This document shows positions 18,545-32,649 of a DNA stretch of 64,000 nucleotides, piece after piece. This DNA comes from Phoronis australis (Eukaryota > Animalia > Phoronida): positions 476,400 to 540,399 of the forward strand of contig NMRA01000151.1 of NCBI GenBank assembly GCA_002633005.1, read 5' to 3'. The notes beneath the pieces are model-generated. The model was given only the letters and a program-made list of their open reading frames with translations, did not search any database and had not been told where the DNA came from. A program made the position numbers and the translations under genes. The stretch's first letter is position 1, and each line of letters begins with the position of its first letter.

Positions 18545-19686
18545 TTAAATGAAATATCAAATAAACTGATGTTGAAGTGCGAAATTGGTTTATGAGTAGG
18601 CCTAGTGGTTATTTCTGGAATATTAATATGAGCTTTATTTAAAAAGGTAACGTTTTACGAACGTTCAATTTATTTGAACACGGATGTGAGTTGGGCAAAA
18701 TCGCCGATCCAAAATCGCGACAAAATGACCATAATTAGCAGACGACTCAATTGTCGGAAATTATGCGTGCTACATCTGCCTGGTGTCGCTAGTGAATAAT
18801 GACGTCACAGCTTTTGGGTAAGATAACAGATTTCGCCCATTGAAAATATATGGAGTTGATGGTTCATGCATTATAGTCTTGGGTGACATTGAGTCTAATG
18901 CAGGGCCAAGCTCACCGCATGTACAGCACTGTATTTGCACATATCAACAACATCAAAGCAAACGATTTTTCCACGTGTGAGATTTTAAAGCAAACTGCAC
19001 TCAACAGCAATTGAGTTGCAGGTACATGTATGCGTGGGTCAGGAAGCTTGGCGCGCCCGACATCCTGAAGTGTGTCTGTAATCCGGACTTAACGATTGCT
19101 TCTCACACCAATCGGGCTAGGGGTTTCATTGTATGTGTTCATGCCACGGTTAAGAATGAGACCAAGAACACATTCATTCATAAATTTCTAGCCGCTGGAT
19201 GGACTATGTCAACAATAAGAAATTGCAATTTTGAGGCCTCGCTTTCGAAGCTAATTGAAAGAAGGAAATCCGCCTCTTTTTTGGCAGACAACTCTCAGAA
19301 ACATCTTATATTACACATAAGGACTACCAAGTAAACTTATTTCGCTGCATTCATCATTTGACAGGGGAGATGAATCCGGAGGCATTTTTGTAGTGTTGAA
19401 AGTGGGTGTTACTCATGTGCTTCTACAAGCCAGTATACGGGGCGGTGAACATTGAACGACATGTTAATGGTTAGACCTTGGATGTGTGTGAAAAAATCCG
19501 AAATCTCTCGAATGGGCTCATTCATTTTTTTGTTTAAAAAAACAATATTGCATATAATACACGAAAGCGAAATTCTTTTTTGATTTCATTACGTTTAAAA
19601 TGGCTTCAGGAAGAAATAATTAATGAGAATCAATGTTTTAGAGACCGTAATGCTGTCTGACATATATCCATACTTCATTTCACCCT
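18545..19686. mobile_element. Probable non-autonomous Kolobok-type element
   Basis: Right end cttcattttcaccct|TTAA. THAP-like remnant on + (AWVRKL..VC) and acidic SPY-containing N-terminus on -. Left end uncertain. Confidence 0.35.
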
Positions 19687-19751
19687 TTAAGCCTTCATGA
19701 CTGACCTTGGGTTACGCCGGCACATTTGATGACACATTTGCCTTGAGTCAG

Positions 19752-21542
19752 TAGCCAAAACAGGTGACGCCCTTAGATATTTTTTAGGTTGGCAAAAATA
19801 AATAAAGTGATTTTTAGTGAAATATTCCGATTTGCGCACTATTTCAAGGCGATTTAGCGAATTAAGCGTTTTAGACGAACTGAATTTTTTTCACTTTTAA
19901 GACAAAAGCATCGATGTCTGAAACAAAAAATCTAAAAAATATCAAAATCGCATGGTGCTTTCAAAAGTTATTTACAATTTATGTGTCAAATTTTGACTCG
20001 CGCTGTTATAATAGGTTACGAGTTCAAAAGTGCTTAAAAATTATTTTCACGAATATTCTAACTGTAAAATTTAATGGCACATGTCTTTACCTACCATTCT
20101 GTACAATCCAATAGTTTACACCAGAATTTAATCACGCACATGTAACTTATTGATTGGCTATGGTGCTCACAATTCACGTTGGACAACATGGCGACTTTTG
20201 CTGATCTGACAGGCTACATTGTGAGCCGTGAAGATTTATCTGTAATACATTTGTAGACACTCTGCTACCAAAACGCAGTTTTGTAAAAAATTCTGATGTT
20301 TGTACCATAACTATTACGAATACACTATTTATTTCATTGTGAAGTACCCAATTAATTGAGATTGCGCTCAGCTAAAAATAGTTGAAATTGCTTTGAATCG
20401 TTTTGGTTGAAAGTCAACTTGATTCAAGATATGATTACGCGTCACAACAGAACACATGTTGTTCTAAATTTTATGCATAAACTGTGCTTTTGATTCATGT
20501 TTTGTAAGTAGTTACTTTCTACTTCAGGATATATCAAATAAAATTTGAATAAATTTTACTTGATTTATAGAAATAGGTTACATTTGGATGATGAAGTAAG
20601 AAGCTTACACGGATCCTTCAGCCACATAGGCTCATACGTTTATTATCATGCTTGTCAAGTTATAGTTTAGGCGCTTTTGTGAAAATCATTCGCCATGGTA
20701 ACAATCCTGCATGTCCACTTTCATACTTAATGTGATTTTGGTTCAGCCTTTATTGCTGAACATCTAATGTACTTTTTGTGGCCAAAGGTTGTTAGGATTA
20801 TTTTAGTTTGCGTATTAATTTGTACTGAGATCACTTTGCTAGGTGTAAGCCGTAGCTACATGTACAATGAAACTTTGTGACCCCTACGTCCAATGCTTTT
20901 AAGAGATATCATTTCTATCTCAGTGAAATGGCAAAATTTCATGAAATTTCACGAAAGAATGTAGTTATAGAAACTGCCATCAGGGGACCAGCAGTAGTAG
21001 AGTTGCTTAAAATTTGACTTCAACTGATTTGATCACCATAGAAGCATATTTGCAAAAATTAGTGAAGCCCTTTTATGAGGTTTACGAGATACAACTGCAT
21101 ACGATGGTATGATCTTTCTATCGGCTGTTGCTTGAAAACAAACAAAAGGCCCATTTTTATTTCTTCATTTTCTTAGTCAGACAGAAAACTGACGGAAAAT
21201 ATTATTGGAAATGACCAGCACCTCGCGAAATGGCCCCCAGAGCACCTGAAAAAGGGCTAAAAATAAAGACATAAATTTGTGCAAAATTTACCAATTTTGA
21301 CACTCCGGTGAAGGTTAACGGAAACTCCTTTAAAAATGCAAAGACTGTCTTCTGATAGAGAGGTGCAATGTCACTAACTTAACCTTTTTGAACCAAAAAT
21401 GGGATAATTTGTACCAAAATATCCATGATGCTCTATATAATGGACCCAAAACATTTCAAATTGACATTTCGAACATTTTTTCACCAGGATGAAGAGCTGA
21501 AACGGTGGCCTAGAGTCGACCTTTTGGTGCTCTCGTGGAATA
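19752..21542. mobile_element. Putative Academ-like non-autonomous element
   Basis: Begins TAGCC and ends GGTGCTCTCGTGGAATA, a terminus shared with 55575-56236. Confidence 0.3.
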
Positions 21543-22757
21543 ACCGTTAATCACTTTCAAAGAGATTGTTTTTGCATTCCAACTGAATAAATAATTGTAA
21601 TAAACCATGGTTAAATGACCTCATAAAATTGACATTGAGGCACTAATCAAGACTAAAGAGCGTTTAGAATGTCAGGTAATCAGGTTATTTTTAACTGGTA
21701 CTGTGACCATTGTGTCCATGTATAAATTCCAATTACTCTTTATAAACAATGTTTAAAACGAACAAAAAAACTCAAGAAACAATGGACATTTTTAATCCAA
21801 ATTCTTGACAAGTCACGCCCGAGCTTGTTTCCTTGTTTGAATTTGAATGACACACGTGAGGTGACAACGACTAAGTTAGAAAATACCGAACTGTTTTTAA
21901 GAAAGTTTGTAAGTAAGAACCATGTTCATCCGTCCCCAGCGAACCCTACACTTACATCAATGACCATGATTGAATTGAATAACCTCCAAGTGAATGGAGT
22001 CCAAGTAAAAAAAAACCGTTGCAGGAAATTGATACCAAAATAACGAGGATTACGATCGCACAAGTAGTATTATGCTGAAAATGCCAGTAGCAGTTCCAGT
22101 TGCTAAGCTTTTGAACAAAATATTGTCGTATGCCTGCTTCGCTTCCAGTTGGAAAATTGGGATTATTATGTCCGTTCATACTGTTAAGCTTTCTCATTGC
22201 ATTCATTACTTTACTTTGTACTCCATCTAAATTGCTTTATTCCATTGTCTGTATGCAAATCATCTTCAGTGAAATAATATGTAACATCTACTGTAGTCCG
22301 GTTTTCTGGGTAGCAGAAGCGCTGTTTCTCAGTTAACTAAATTTATCCACACTATTCACTTTGAATTTCTGAAAGGCAACAGCGCCAGTGTCGTCTTTTT
22401 GATTGAGCTTAAGCATTTATTGTTGCACTGTTAATTGAATTAAAATCACCGGCTCTTTGCTTTTTGTATCATTTGCACACACCTCGACACCGCCTCATTC
22501 CCCGGGACGCCATGCAAATCGTCACATTTTTGGTTACAATTGGTGTTAATTTTGTCTGAATGCAGAAGCCAGTTGGTCTGCAGAGTGTAGACAAAATATC
22601 ATCTAATCTACCAACTTTGTCTTAGTTAGAAAGTCGACCTGAAGTCGTGATTTTTGTAGATACTTTTATTTAATCTTTCTTTCTGAAGCCTTCTGTACTT
22701 ACACTAACAGTAATAGCAAGACTAGCAAAACCTATGCCGATCTGTTTTTCTGTTTAG

Positions 22758-23060
22758 ACGGACCCACTGTGGTTGAAGTCAAAGTAAAAGGGATGAACAA
22801 CTTTTACTTAAAAGTGGGACAGTCATATACGTTTCAATGTGAAAGTAACCAGGCCTACCCAAACGTGGAATTTCAGTGGATGCTAGAAAGAAACTTGACC
22901 CAGAACGACGAGAGAAGTGAAAGCGTTGCGTTGACGACGGGCTTTCTGAGTGAGCTAAGCTTCGTTCTACAACATGTTGACCGGAAATTGACGTGCACAG
23001 TAACCAACACGAAGGAAAACCGAATTACAGTTTCCCGCACCGTAACGATAGACAACCCAG
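22758..23060 (+). CDS. Internal exon (Ig-like C2-type domain 3)
   Basis: tgtttag|ACGGACCC acceptor (again giving YGP) and G|gtacag donor. Reads YTFQCESNQAYPNVEFQW...RKLTCTVTN...SRTVTI. Confidence 0.9.
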
Positions 23061-23658
23061 GTACAGCTTAGCTCTATTGTCAAAAGAGACTCTATTACAA
23101 CTAACCTGTAAAACCAATCCCTTCTATGAGCGATAGATATCTCTAATCAAGCTAATACTAATTAGTATTTGGCCTGCAGTAACATTCATTATTATCAATG
23201 GTCCTAATGTCCTATACGGAGTTTTCTGCACAAACACGTGACGAACGATTGGAAAGTATCAATGCGGAGACAAAAAGTCAAATCCTAATGTATGCGGGGC
23301 GTTTGTTTGGAGGTTACACGTCTGTAGTCGCCACCCGTCGAGCATTCCCGAGACATTTTAGTCAACCGAACTATCTGAAATATTTCCCTAGCTACAATTA
23401 CGCAACGAAAACTATGGACGAGATTGACGGACCGAAAAGAACTTTTTAAGAGAAGGAAAATTTGTTCTATGTTTTAGTTGTCTTGTCGGTTTTGACGTCC
23501 ATATCCTTATGAAGTGAGTATGTTTTAGGTTGATAAAGTTTCCTTTTATAAGCGCGCAGGTCGTATCTTAAAATGAGCCTGTCTGCAGAAAACTACAGAG
23601 AAAATATTGAGCTGTATTAAATTATTACGAATTGAATTAGGAGTTGTTTTCTCGACAG

Positions 23659-23826
23659 TTGATGGTGGGTGGGAATCATGGCAGTCGTGGTCGCAGTGCA
23701 GCACCACCTGCGGCGATGGCAGAATTTTCCGTCTCAGACCCTGTATCAACCCAGCGCCTCTCTTTGGTGGACGGTTCTGCATCGGAAGCAACCACGAGAC
23801 CAAGCTATGTGGGAATTCCGAATGTA
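23659..23826 (+). CDS. Internal exon, thrombospondin type-1 repeat
   Basis: cgacag|TT acceptor and A|gtaagg donor, phase 1. VDGGWESWQSWSQCSTTCGDG..RLRPCINPAPLFGGRFCIG..ETKLCGNSEC is a canonical TSP1 with WxxWxxW and six Cys. Confidence 0.95.
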
Positions 23827-25313
23827 GTAAGGCTAAAAACAACGATATTTTATGATTTCTAATCTGAGTGATTGGCATGATTTGCAAGCAAGTAATGAAT
23901 CTTGCAATATTAAATACAGATGTAGTTCCGCCCTCTAAACATGTCTTCCTGGGTGTCACCAGTTTTGACGGTGCACAACAACACGTCTAAAATTGCTCCG
24001 CTTCGCGTCAACGTTACTTGACCGAATGGTAACTTTCAGTTGCAATCATTTCAAGGAAGCCTTCGAGAGAAGTTTTTGAGCGACTTTCGTGATTTCGATT
24101 TCCATCTCGTACATGTATTTGATAATGAAATGCACCATTGACATTTAACATTTTTATCTGAAATAAGAAATCCACTATGACACCTCCAGTTTCATGAAAA
24201 TATCCTTTAAACAGATACCAAACCCAGTTTTGCGATTTTAGCAAAACGTGTCTTTTTTAACGGTTGTTGAACATTTAGTACTTCTGATGATGTATAAAAG
24301 CAATATTCAGCATCATGATTTTCTTTTTGTTCCTCGAATCGAGCTTTGGGTTCAATGAAGGCGTTGGTTTCCTGTTAACAAATAGCAGGTCGCGTCAATT
24401 GTTGATATAAAATGGCGGAGATTGAGTTTCCGAGTTATTCTATTTGAGAAAAGGAAGGAAACATACAGCTGGACAAAAGCGGTTCAGGCAAAGATTGTTG
24501 AATATCGGGAGAAGTTCCACGGGAATATTAATTAATGTGGCTCTCCAGGTGGTGCATGCGAGAAGTTTGCCAGAAAGTCGCACTACGGCGAGGTGAGTGT
24601 TCACTGCCAGTTCCAGATCAGTGTTACCTCAGGTGACGCCTGAAGTACATTGTTTGTGATCGTTTACGTGACTATGAGTTCATGAACGTGGAGAAGACAT
24701 GACACATATTGCAAAGTGGTAGCATAGGCTTACCTGGCGTTAGCAATGTTTACTAGACTAACAAAAATAGGCTAACTGGTCTGAAGTGTTGAATGGTTGC
24801 TTGTATTGACAAAGTAATAAAGCCAGCTACGCGCACTTAAAGATACTATATCGCATTAAAACCGTGAGTATTCAAATTTCTAGCGAGCGCCACCTTGTGA
24901 CTTCCTGGAGAATTGTGTGTGTAAGAATAACCAGGAAAAGAAACACTTTGTAAATCAATGCGACTTTAAATAAAACACTACAACTGAGACGCTTGAAAAC
25001 AAGTACAAAAATACACAAAAACCATAGTAATTCCAAATACTACCTAATCGTTATTTGATAGTGTAATGAATAAATAATAAAAACTGTGCCTTATTTCATT
25101 AGGGTAACGATGATATACTACCATAATAAAAATAGTCTCGCAAAACGAGACTTTTGCGAGATTGTAATGGTAACTGGTTTTCGGATGGTTTCCGGCACGC
25201 CGGAAGACCCGGAGTTGTTTGTAAACCAGTACTTCATTTGCATATTCACAATTTAATGAGACATATTAAGTGGAAATACGAATAGTTATCCTGCGAAAAG
25301 TTCAGTAAGGCTT

Positions 25314-25392
25314 GGACCTACGCTAGGACCTACACTAGGACCTACGCTAGGACCTACGCTAGGAACTACGCTAGGACCTACGCTAGGACCTC
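25314..25392. repeat. 12-bp minisatellite (GGACCTACGCTA) x ~6.5
   Basis: Direct inspection. Confidence 0.9.
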
Positions 25393-25637
25393 TCTGACAT
25401 CAACCCAATAAAATACGCGGATATATCTCACGTAATATTGCGAAGACTTGCTTTTTAGTAAGGTCCTAGCGTTACGGAACTCTACCTTGATTTGTACCAA
25501 GGTTAGTCCTAATACGGTGAAGACTCAAAGCTGCGAATATCACACTAGTCTTACAGTTATTAGATTTCGGGTGACAATCGATGCAAAGCTAATCGTAGCG
25601 CATGTATTTGACATGACTTCACCTGGCTGGGTGGTTG

Positions 25638-26460
25638 GGATTGTTCTAAGAACCCCTCGACCCCAATACCTGACAACCCCATCGACCCACGAGCCCAATG
25701 ACCCACGACCCACAACCCCCTCGAGCCTGCCTACATAAGCTAGACTCGATCTGAGCATTGAACAAGCGCTGACTTGCAGGACCAACGAGTCGAGCCGTGA
25801 GCTCTGTTAGCTTTTCCTGTTTTTCGTTTGCAACTAAGAGAGTCAATTCGGCAAGTTTGAAAGCCAAAAACAGAAAAAAACGCGACCAGATCAAAACAAA
25901 GACCTACCATAGTTACAAATGTCGTTCCCGGCAGAGTATAATGGTCGCGTCCGCTCTTCAGGGAATGGCAGATTCCAGTTTTTTGGAGAGACTGCGAGAA
26001 ACCGACTAAAATATAATTTCTTCAGTGAATATAAGTTTGAAACACAAACCGTCAACTAAAATGTCTCAACGTCATATGAAGTGTATTGTAAACAAGTATA
26101 AAACAGAACGCAAATAATAAATGGGTGAAATAATGTTCATTTACTTTAACACAAAGAGCAAGTGGTAACCGCTCGTGGAACTATTTTTGTGACAACGATA
26201 TCGCGTTCACAATTTGGTATTTCAGATCAGCGTTCTCACGCCACTTCCTGGTTTTAACCACCAGACTCGAGCCAGAGAGGACTCGCGTGTAGGTGTAATA
26301 TATGTATTATGGGAAAGTCATTCAGCGACGTAATTTGATTATGGAATATTTAAAAAGCGCAGATATATCTATTGCCACAGGTCGTTGGTCGAGGGGTTGT
26401 GGTGGGTCGTGGGGGTTGTGAGTCGAGAGGGTCTTTGGTCGAGGGGTTTTAGAACAATCC
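25638..26460. mobile_element. MULE-like MITE
   Basis: TIRs GGATTGTTCTAAGAACCCCTCGACC / GGTCGAGGGGTTTTAGAACAATCC with subterminal CGACCC repeats. Degenerate 9-bp TSD GGGTGGTTG / AGGTCGTTG. Confidence 0.7.
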
Positions 26461-26632
26461 AGGTCGTTGGTTGGCTTGTACACAGGCCCGTAGGAAGGCA
26501 AAAATTGAGGGGCACAAACCATTTCGGCTTCGCCAAACCATCGCCACCACCTCCGCCACCCCCCTAGCCCCCGTGCTCCCGATGCTACCATATTTGTACC
26601 GAATCTCCCACGTCCGCCCTAGGTGTGGAACA

Positions 26633-26760
26633 CTGTGGCGGATTTAGGGGTGGCCAAGGGCCCATGGCCCCCTTAAAATTCTAATTCTAACCCTAACGGG
26701 TAAAACCCTGGCTAATACTCGTTCCTGCCCCCCAAAATCAAAATCCTGAATTCGTCCCTG
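26633..26760. mobile_element. Short hAT-type MITE with near-perfect 5-bp TSD
   Basis: CTGTGGCGGATTT...GAATTCGTCCCTG flanked by GAACA / GGACA. Confidence 0.6.
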
Positions 26761-28722
26761 GGACACAGTCGCGGGGATGAAGCCATCAAGAGTTGTGTAA
26801 CCGTGAACCAATACGGATAGTAAGAAAGGGCTTAGGACCAGTACAATGACCGGTAGCGAGGAGCTGCCTCAAATAGGTATAGCTGAGATCTAAGCGTGGA
26901 AATAAGAAATTCCCGTTGAACTAAAGCTACTGTAGTTGCGGGTCAGCTCAAGTCTGATTCACTTGAAACAGGCAGCTCGTACCGGTCGTCTGGGCTCGCT
27001 CTAAGGTCAAAATTCGTTTTATTGTGATTCAGTTTCGGGAAAACTTTAGTTTATTATGGTCATTCTTTGAAGGAGGATTTTGAAAATGTGAGGTCCCGAA
27101 GCCCCTGGTATAGAGCCTTTTGGGCTGTTTCAAAATGCCTTGTTGAAACACGACCGTAACTTGTCCAGTTTCTGGTGGCTGCGGAAAAGGATAGTGTGTC
27201 CCAAAAATGGACACACTTCCTGAACGCCTGGAGTTCAAATTCAGTTCCCGTGGGTGCCGGGCCTACTGCAGGGTTACATCTAATTTTTAACGTGGGTACG
27301 TCAGTCATGACGTCCACGCAAATCAGGACAATCAAACAATTCAGTTTTGAAGAACAAAACAAATTCGTTGCTCAATACTACTGGAAACTAAAAACACCAA
27401 GGTAGTGCACTTTCCAAGCAAAGATTTAAATATTATTTATATGAGAATTTTTGAAACGTTTTTTTCTATTTACGGTTTGTGAACCCAAATTTGTCAATGT
27501 CTTTGAGAGTTATTTTAGATATGCAAAAATCGTCTATAAGTGTACTTTACTATTTGGATATCGGATTATAGAGTTTTTCCAACTTAGGCTGCCATTGCAT
27601 TCAATTCTTACAAGATTAGCTTATAATATTCTAAGCAATTTCTGCATGCATGCTTGCAGACTTTTGACGCGTAACCCTGGGAATATTGGAGATGGGTCAG
27701 TTGTATTAAGGTTTATTTTTGCTCATTTCAGAGGTACCTATAACGATTCAAGGTAAACTTGAACTCCATTGAAAAAAACGCTGAAATCTTTGTTTATGAT
27801 GGCGAGAGTTCTTCGAGTACCCCTTTTGACATGTACACGGTTATCACAAATGGTAGGTTAAAAAGCAGTGTTTTCCACATGTGGGAATTCCTTACAAACA
27901 ACTCATAGTAACCATCTTTAATTAAAGGAGATACTATTCTTGTGATACTAAAATTATCTTATAACTAACCATCGGAAATAGTCCTTTTGTGTAATTCACA
28001 AATAGTGGTCTTCACATTCTTCAAAATTCCACCATTTCAATGGCGGCAATCCTACTGTATTTTTTCACAGTTTTGGCTGTTTGGGTCGAATGGCTGTGGT
28101 GTGCACAAATGTTTTGCGTTTTTTTGATGAATTTGGAATCCCAACTTCCATTGTGAATACTTGGTAGTGTCGGATTTACATGTATAGAGAGACAAAGGAA
28201 CATTTCCTCCGAACTGCTCCACCGAGAGAGGGCACCCTCTGAAATGGGACACCTTAACATGAAAGGCTAAACATCATTAAGCTTGGAAAAAAAGGTTGAC
28301 AGTGCATTCCACCGCCGTGTGGTCCCAAAACAATGTAGGGGGTAACCTCCTTCAGCATGAAAGCCGATTGCACAATTTCACAAAAAACAGGAAATAGAGG
28401 TAATCGATTCCAATATTGGGCCCTCTCTCCGTGAGAGGCCCTTTAAGAATTAGTCAATAAAAACACAAAAAGGTGGCCACATCAATGATCTCTTTCAAGG
28501 ACAGGGCCCCTAAATATGAAAATATCTATATTTTCAAATATCAGGAAATGCGCAGCAATTGATGTTATCTGTCAGGTAATCACTTTTTTCTCAAGTAATA
28601 TACAGTTTTGAGAGAAAAATAAAGCGAAATTTGTCTCCGTTATCCCTTGCCAAAGAGGGGCATCTGAAACAATATAGTTTTGCATTCGCACAATTGACTT
28701 ATTTAATTGAAAAATCCAGTAA

Positions 28723-28801
28723 ATTATTACGCTCCGCAAAAGGTTCGCTCGTTGTTTCGATGTACATATATATATATATACCTTTTGCGGAGCGTAATAA
28801 T
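28723..28801. repeat. 22-bp perfect inverted repeat around a (TA)n-containing spacer
   Basis: ATTATTACGCTCCGCAAAAGGT (28723-28744) and ACCTTTTGCGGAGCGTAATAAT (28780-28801). Confidence 0.85.
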
Positions 28802-31800
28802 ATATATTATATGATTGATTTCGTGCTCGTTTTCAAGTGCATTTAGACGATCTGTGCTGCAAAAGGGGAGACCCTAACGACAATGTCCTGGTCAGGGTCC
28901 TCTAAAAGTAAACCATGCAGAGTTGTTAAATGTTCTCTTGAATTGTCTCTCTTCTCCGTATTTCGCAGTCTTTCTTTTCTCGATTGTCCCCGGCCCCACG
29001 TCTATGTTGGTTGCCACGGTTTAACCCTGACGTCTCAGCCCCCCGCTTCCTACGACCCTGGTACATTGTACTATTTTTATCTGCATCAACATCGTTTGAT
29101 TGCATTGATGCACCAGTCTGTCTGGTGGTGGGGATTTGGATTTTGGACTTTCACTCTCCAATTCTAAAGCCTTACGCTCAGGGATCATTTAGTTAAACGT
29201 CGGTATGGTGAATTGACCCACACGGCCTCAGTTTCAGTTTGGAGGACCTTTAGCCATAATAGTTATTGTCATAATTCAATTCTAATTATAATGTGCTCAT
29301 CGGCCTCGAGTTAAGCAATCAATATGTGTCAGTGACATTATTTTAGCGCCAATGACGCGGGGCGTGTTCCTTAAATTATCCCCGTTATTGTGAGTGGAGA
29401 CTTCAATCTCTTGGTTTTCCAACATGTAATCTTGCGACTCAGTCACCGTCTTCCAAAGTATACTTTCCGCTAAGCTTCTAAGGCTTGAAAATATATTATA
29501 ATATTTTTAACTGGAAAACCTGCATTAAACCAAACATTACTGTGCTCTGTATCTTCCAATCATGAAGCCTCTCCAAACAGGGACTGATTCCATTAGCATG
29601 AGTTGATGATTCAGCTGCTAGTTGTGATCAATTTAATTTTCTTTTGGGCAATATTTTGCCTGTGGACCCCACAAGGCGGGGTTAGTGGGCCAACCTGTTT
29701 ACTTGTGCACTGCAAGTCTTGTGCAGAAATAGCTTGTGTGTCTATTTTGCCAGATACATATACTTGCACCATGCCGGGGTCCATGCGCGCGATTGCTTAT
29801 TCAGCTGTTGGATTCTTGAGGCTTTGCCACTGGATTCGTTGAACAGACCGCAAGATTATTAGCTGTTGTCACCTAGTTTAATGGTCAGGCCTGGATATTC
29901 TTTAGTTTGGTCATTGCAGTCTTTACCTTTGGCATTACATATACAGAAACTGGCAAAATAATACGACTGTTGTGTTCGAACATTTGGATGTTTCAATGAA
30001 GACGACTGCAGAGTTAGTTAAAAGACAGCTTGAGAGTCGCATCGGTGAAGCTTACTGGCAGTATTCTAGGGTGTCGAACAACTTTAATCAAACAAGAATG
30101 CTAACTTGCCACGACACAGGAAGCATAGCAATGGCCGGGGGTCGAACAGATTTATCAACATTACGATGTTGGTGTATTTCTCTCATCAATGTAGCCGGTT
30201 CTTGTTATATTCTTAAGTTGTCCATGGTCTACCAGGTGGAAATGTTTGTCTACGTAAAGTTTTGTGCCATTTCAGACCTTATCTAATTTGTTCTCAACTT
30301 TTTCTAGATTGAAAGGGCAGTCACAAAAAGCACAGCTTCTATATGCGTGTTGCTGAGGTAGACATACACTTATATGAGTTATTGAAAGTTTGTACTTTAC
30401 TATACAGTATGTTGTCACATGTATGTATGTTTGATTAAGTGGAACTAGTCATTAAGTAAATTGTTATTCAACGTTCTCTAAGTATAAAAGCTGCACCTCG
30501 CCCTGTTAAGCTGGCTAAAAACGGAAGTCTAATTGAATAATTTACTCTTATAACATCGTATTCTGTCCACGTTACCAACAACAACATCGAAACCACCGAC
30601 GTCTCAAGAAAATAATATACAGTCAACAGAAAGCTGTCAACTCTAAAGCTGTGTATTCGAAAATAGCACACGTGTACATTGCCTGTAACTTGAGTTGTAT
30701 GGTCATTTCAATGTCAACAATTCAATACCAGGTGAGCGCGAACAAATTTTAAACCCGTTAACGATTCGGTTAAGAATTTAATGTCAGCAACTTAACAAGA
30801 GCAAAGTGCAGGTTTTGCTGTTGTTATGTGATCAAAAAATTTGGTCATGGGGTTGTTTTAACAGCTTTACAGGTTTACAAACTCACCTTGAATTGTGCAT
30901 CAGGTGTATCACGCCTATGCCTGCTGGTATGGCTTTACTTACTAGATGCTTGATTCTTAGTGCGTCAATTTAAAACACAAATTGCATTAGTCGTGCCCAC
31001 TACAGTTGTACAACTTCCTAACATATTACTGCTCAAATTTTTTTAAAGGGGAAACTGATTTTCTCGTTATTTACATTTGCCCCAGATTTAGATTCTGGTT
31101 ACAGTAGAATTATCTTTCCCGAATTAACCAGTTATTGCTCCTCTGTCATGTATTGGCCACCCATGAAGCTACAAAATGATTGAAGAAGGACCGAACAAAG
31201 GATCCGCGGCTCTGTTCTGCTGTCACATTCAAACACCCAGTAACCGGCACAGACTGCATTCAACAGCGAGTGGGATGTGTTTTTCAACATGACAACGATT
31301 GCAGCTTCAAGTTGAACACCCTTTACTGGCCATAAACGTCTTTTTAATGTTCCATTTAGAATAATTAATTTCTGGGGGACATTAAATGCACACAGTGTTT
31401 TTCCAAGATAACCAAGAGTCTATAATTTTACTAAAACATGAACAATTGTTGCCTTCCTCTATAAACATGAACTGAACCTTCCAATTTTGTTTCTTACAGA
31501 CTTTCAGTGGTCATTGAGATCACTAAAAATCTCACAAGGCAATACAACAGAACACTTCGCATATCAGTTTCCAAAATTATGTATTGGATGTACGTGACCA
31601 ACAACTACATAAGAACGGGGGCTGAATGCTAAATAAAAGTGGAAGAAGGGCTCAGTGCCACAGATCAGCCGCGAAGCCAAACAGTTTGCCAAATGAAAGA
31701 TTTCTGAAAATGCCATGGTTTGTTCTTTGCGTCAGGTCCTAATAGAGGCAATGTTTTGAATTATTTGTGGTCTTTACTGCTACTGGTAATAAAATGCTGT

Positions 31801-32649
31801 ACAAAATGTTATGTTTCATTCAGCATAAGGACAGCCAAGTAAAACAATGTCACTATATTTACAGTGCGATTGAGATTTGGCAACAACTGTAGATGTACAA
31901 ATAGTCTTAATGTCATTGACAAACTCGAGTGTGTCTCTAAGGCAATGCTTCCAATCACAGAGAGGAGTCAAGATGCTAGTAAAACTTGGTAAGGCTGTGT
32001 AAGTGTAAGATCTAATACAGGATAATATCGGTCTAATGGAATACCAGGCTTATGCATTTTAGGTAAGCCGTACATTTTAGCAGGTTGTGAACCGGTTAGG
32101 CGAATAGTGTCGCAAGTGTACTGAGTTTACAGAATTTAGTGTTGTAAGAAATAATTTCATTCGTTTTGGAGACATATCCATTTTAGCAATCATGACTACA
32201 CCATTTCCTTTGCGTCAAAGACAAATAACAACTTGAAGGTCATTATAGAGACTTTTAAAAGCTGTAAACTCAGAAGATTTTGTTCCGGTTGATGTCTAGT
32301 TGTACATGTAGCGTTAACATTGTGCATGCAGCCGATGTGTATTACATGTACCATTCTCGTCTGTAGCGATGTGACCTAGCAGACTATGGTGAAGTGTTTT
32401 AAAACTGGTTTTAACACCAACGTTGTAAAGTTATCGTGGAGGATGACTGAATTTTGGCCCACTGCTGAGAAGCAGTTTCATCATCAATGAGAGTACGTAA
32501 GGATAGGTTCACAAAAAGAAATATCAATGTTCTTACCAATATGACAATGCTTTACTTTCAACTTAGAAACTGTAGCTGCGTGTCCAATTCACAAGTATCT
32601 TTCTAGATGTACTGAGAGAGTTCTGTAACAACTGTTGGGCAGGCACATA

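Noticed and set aside
25314-25392. Regular repeats as a CRISPR or iteron array
   Set aside because: They are head-to-tail 12-mers with no spacers, i.e. a minisatellite.
29330-30300. Possible further LINE 3' fragment
   Set aside because: The motifs are too eroded to support a call.
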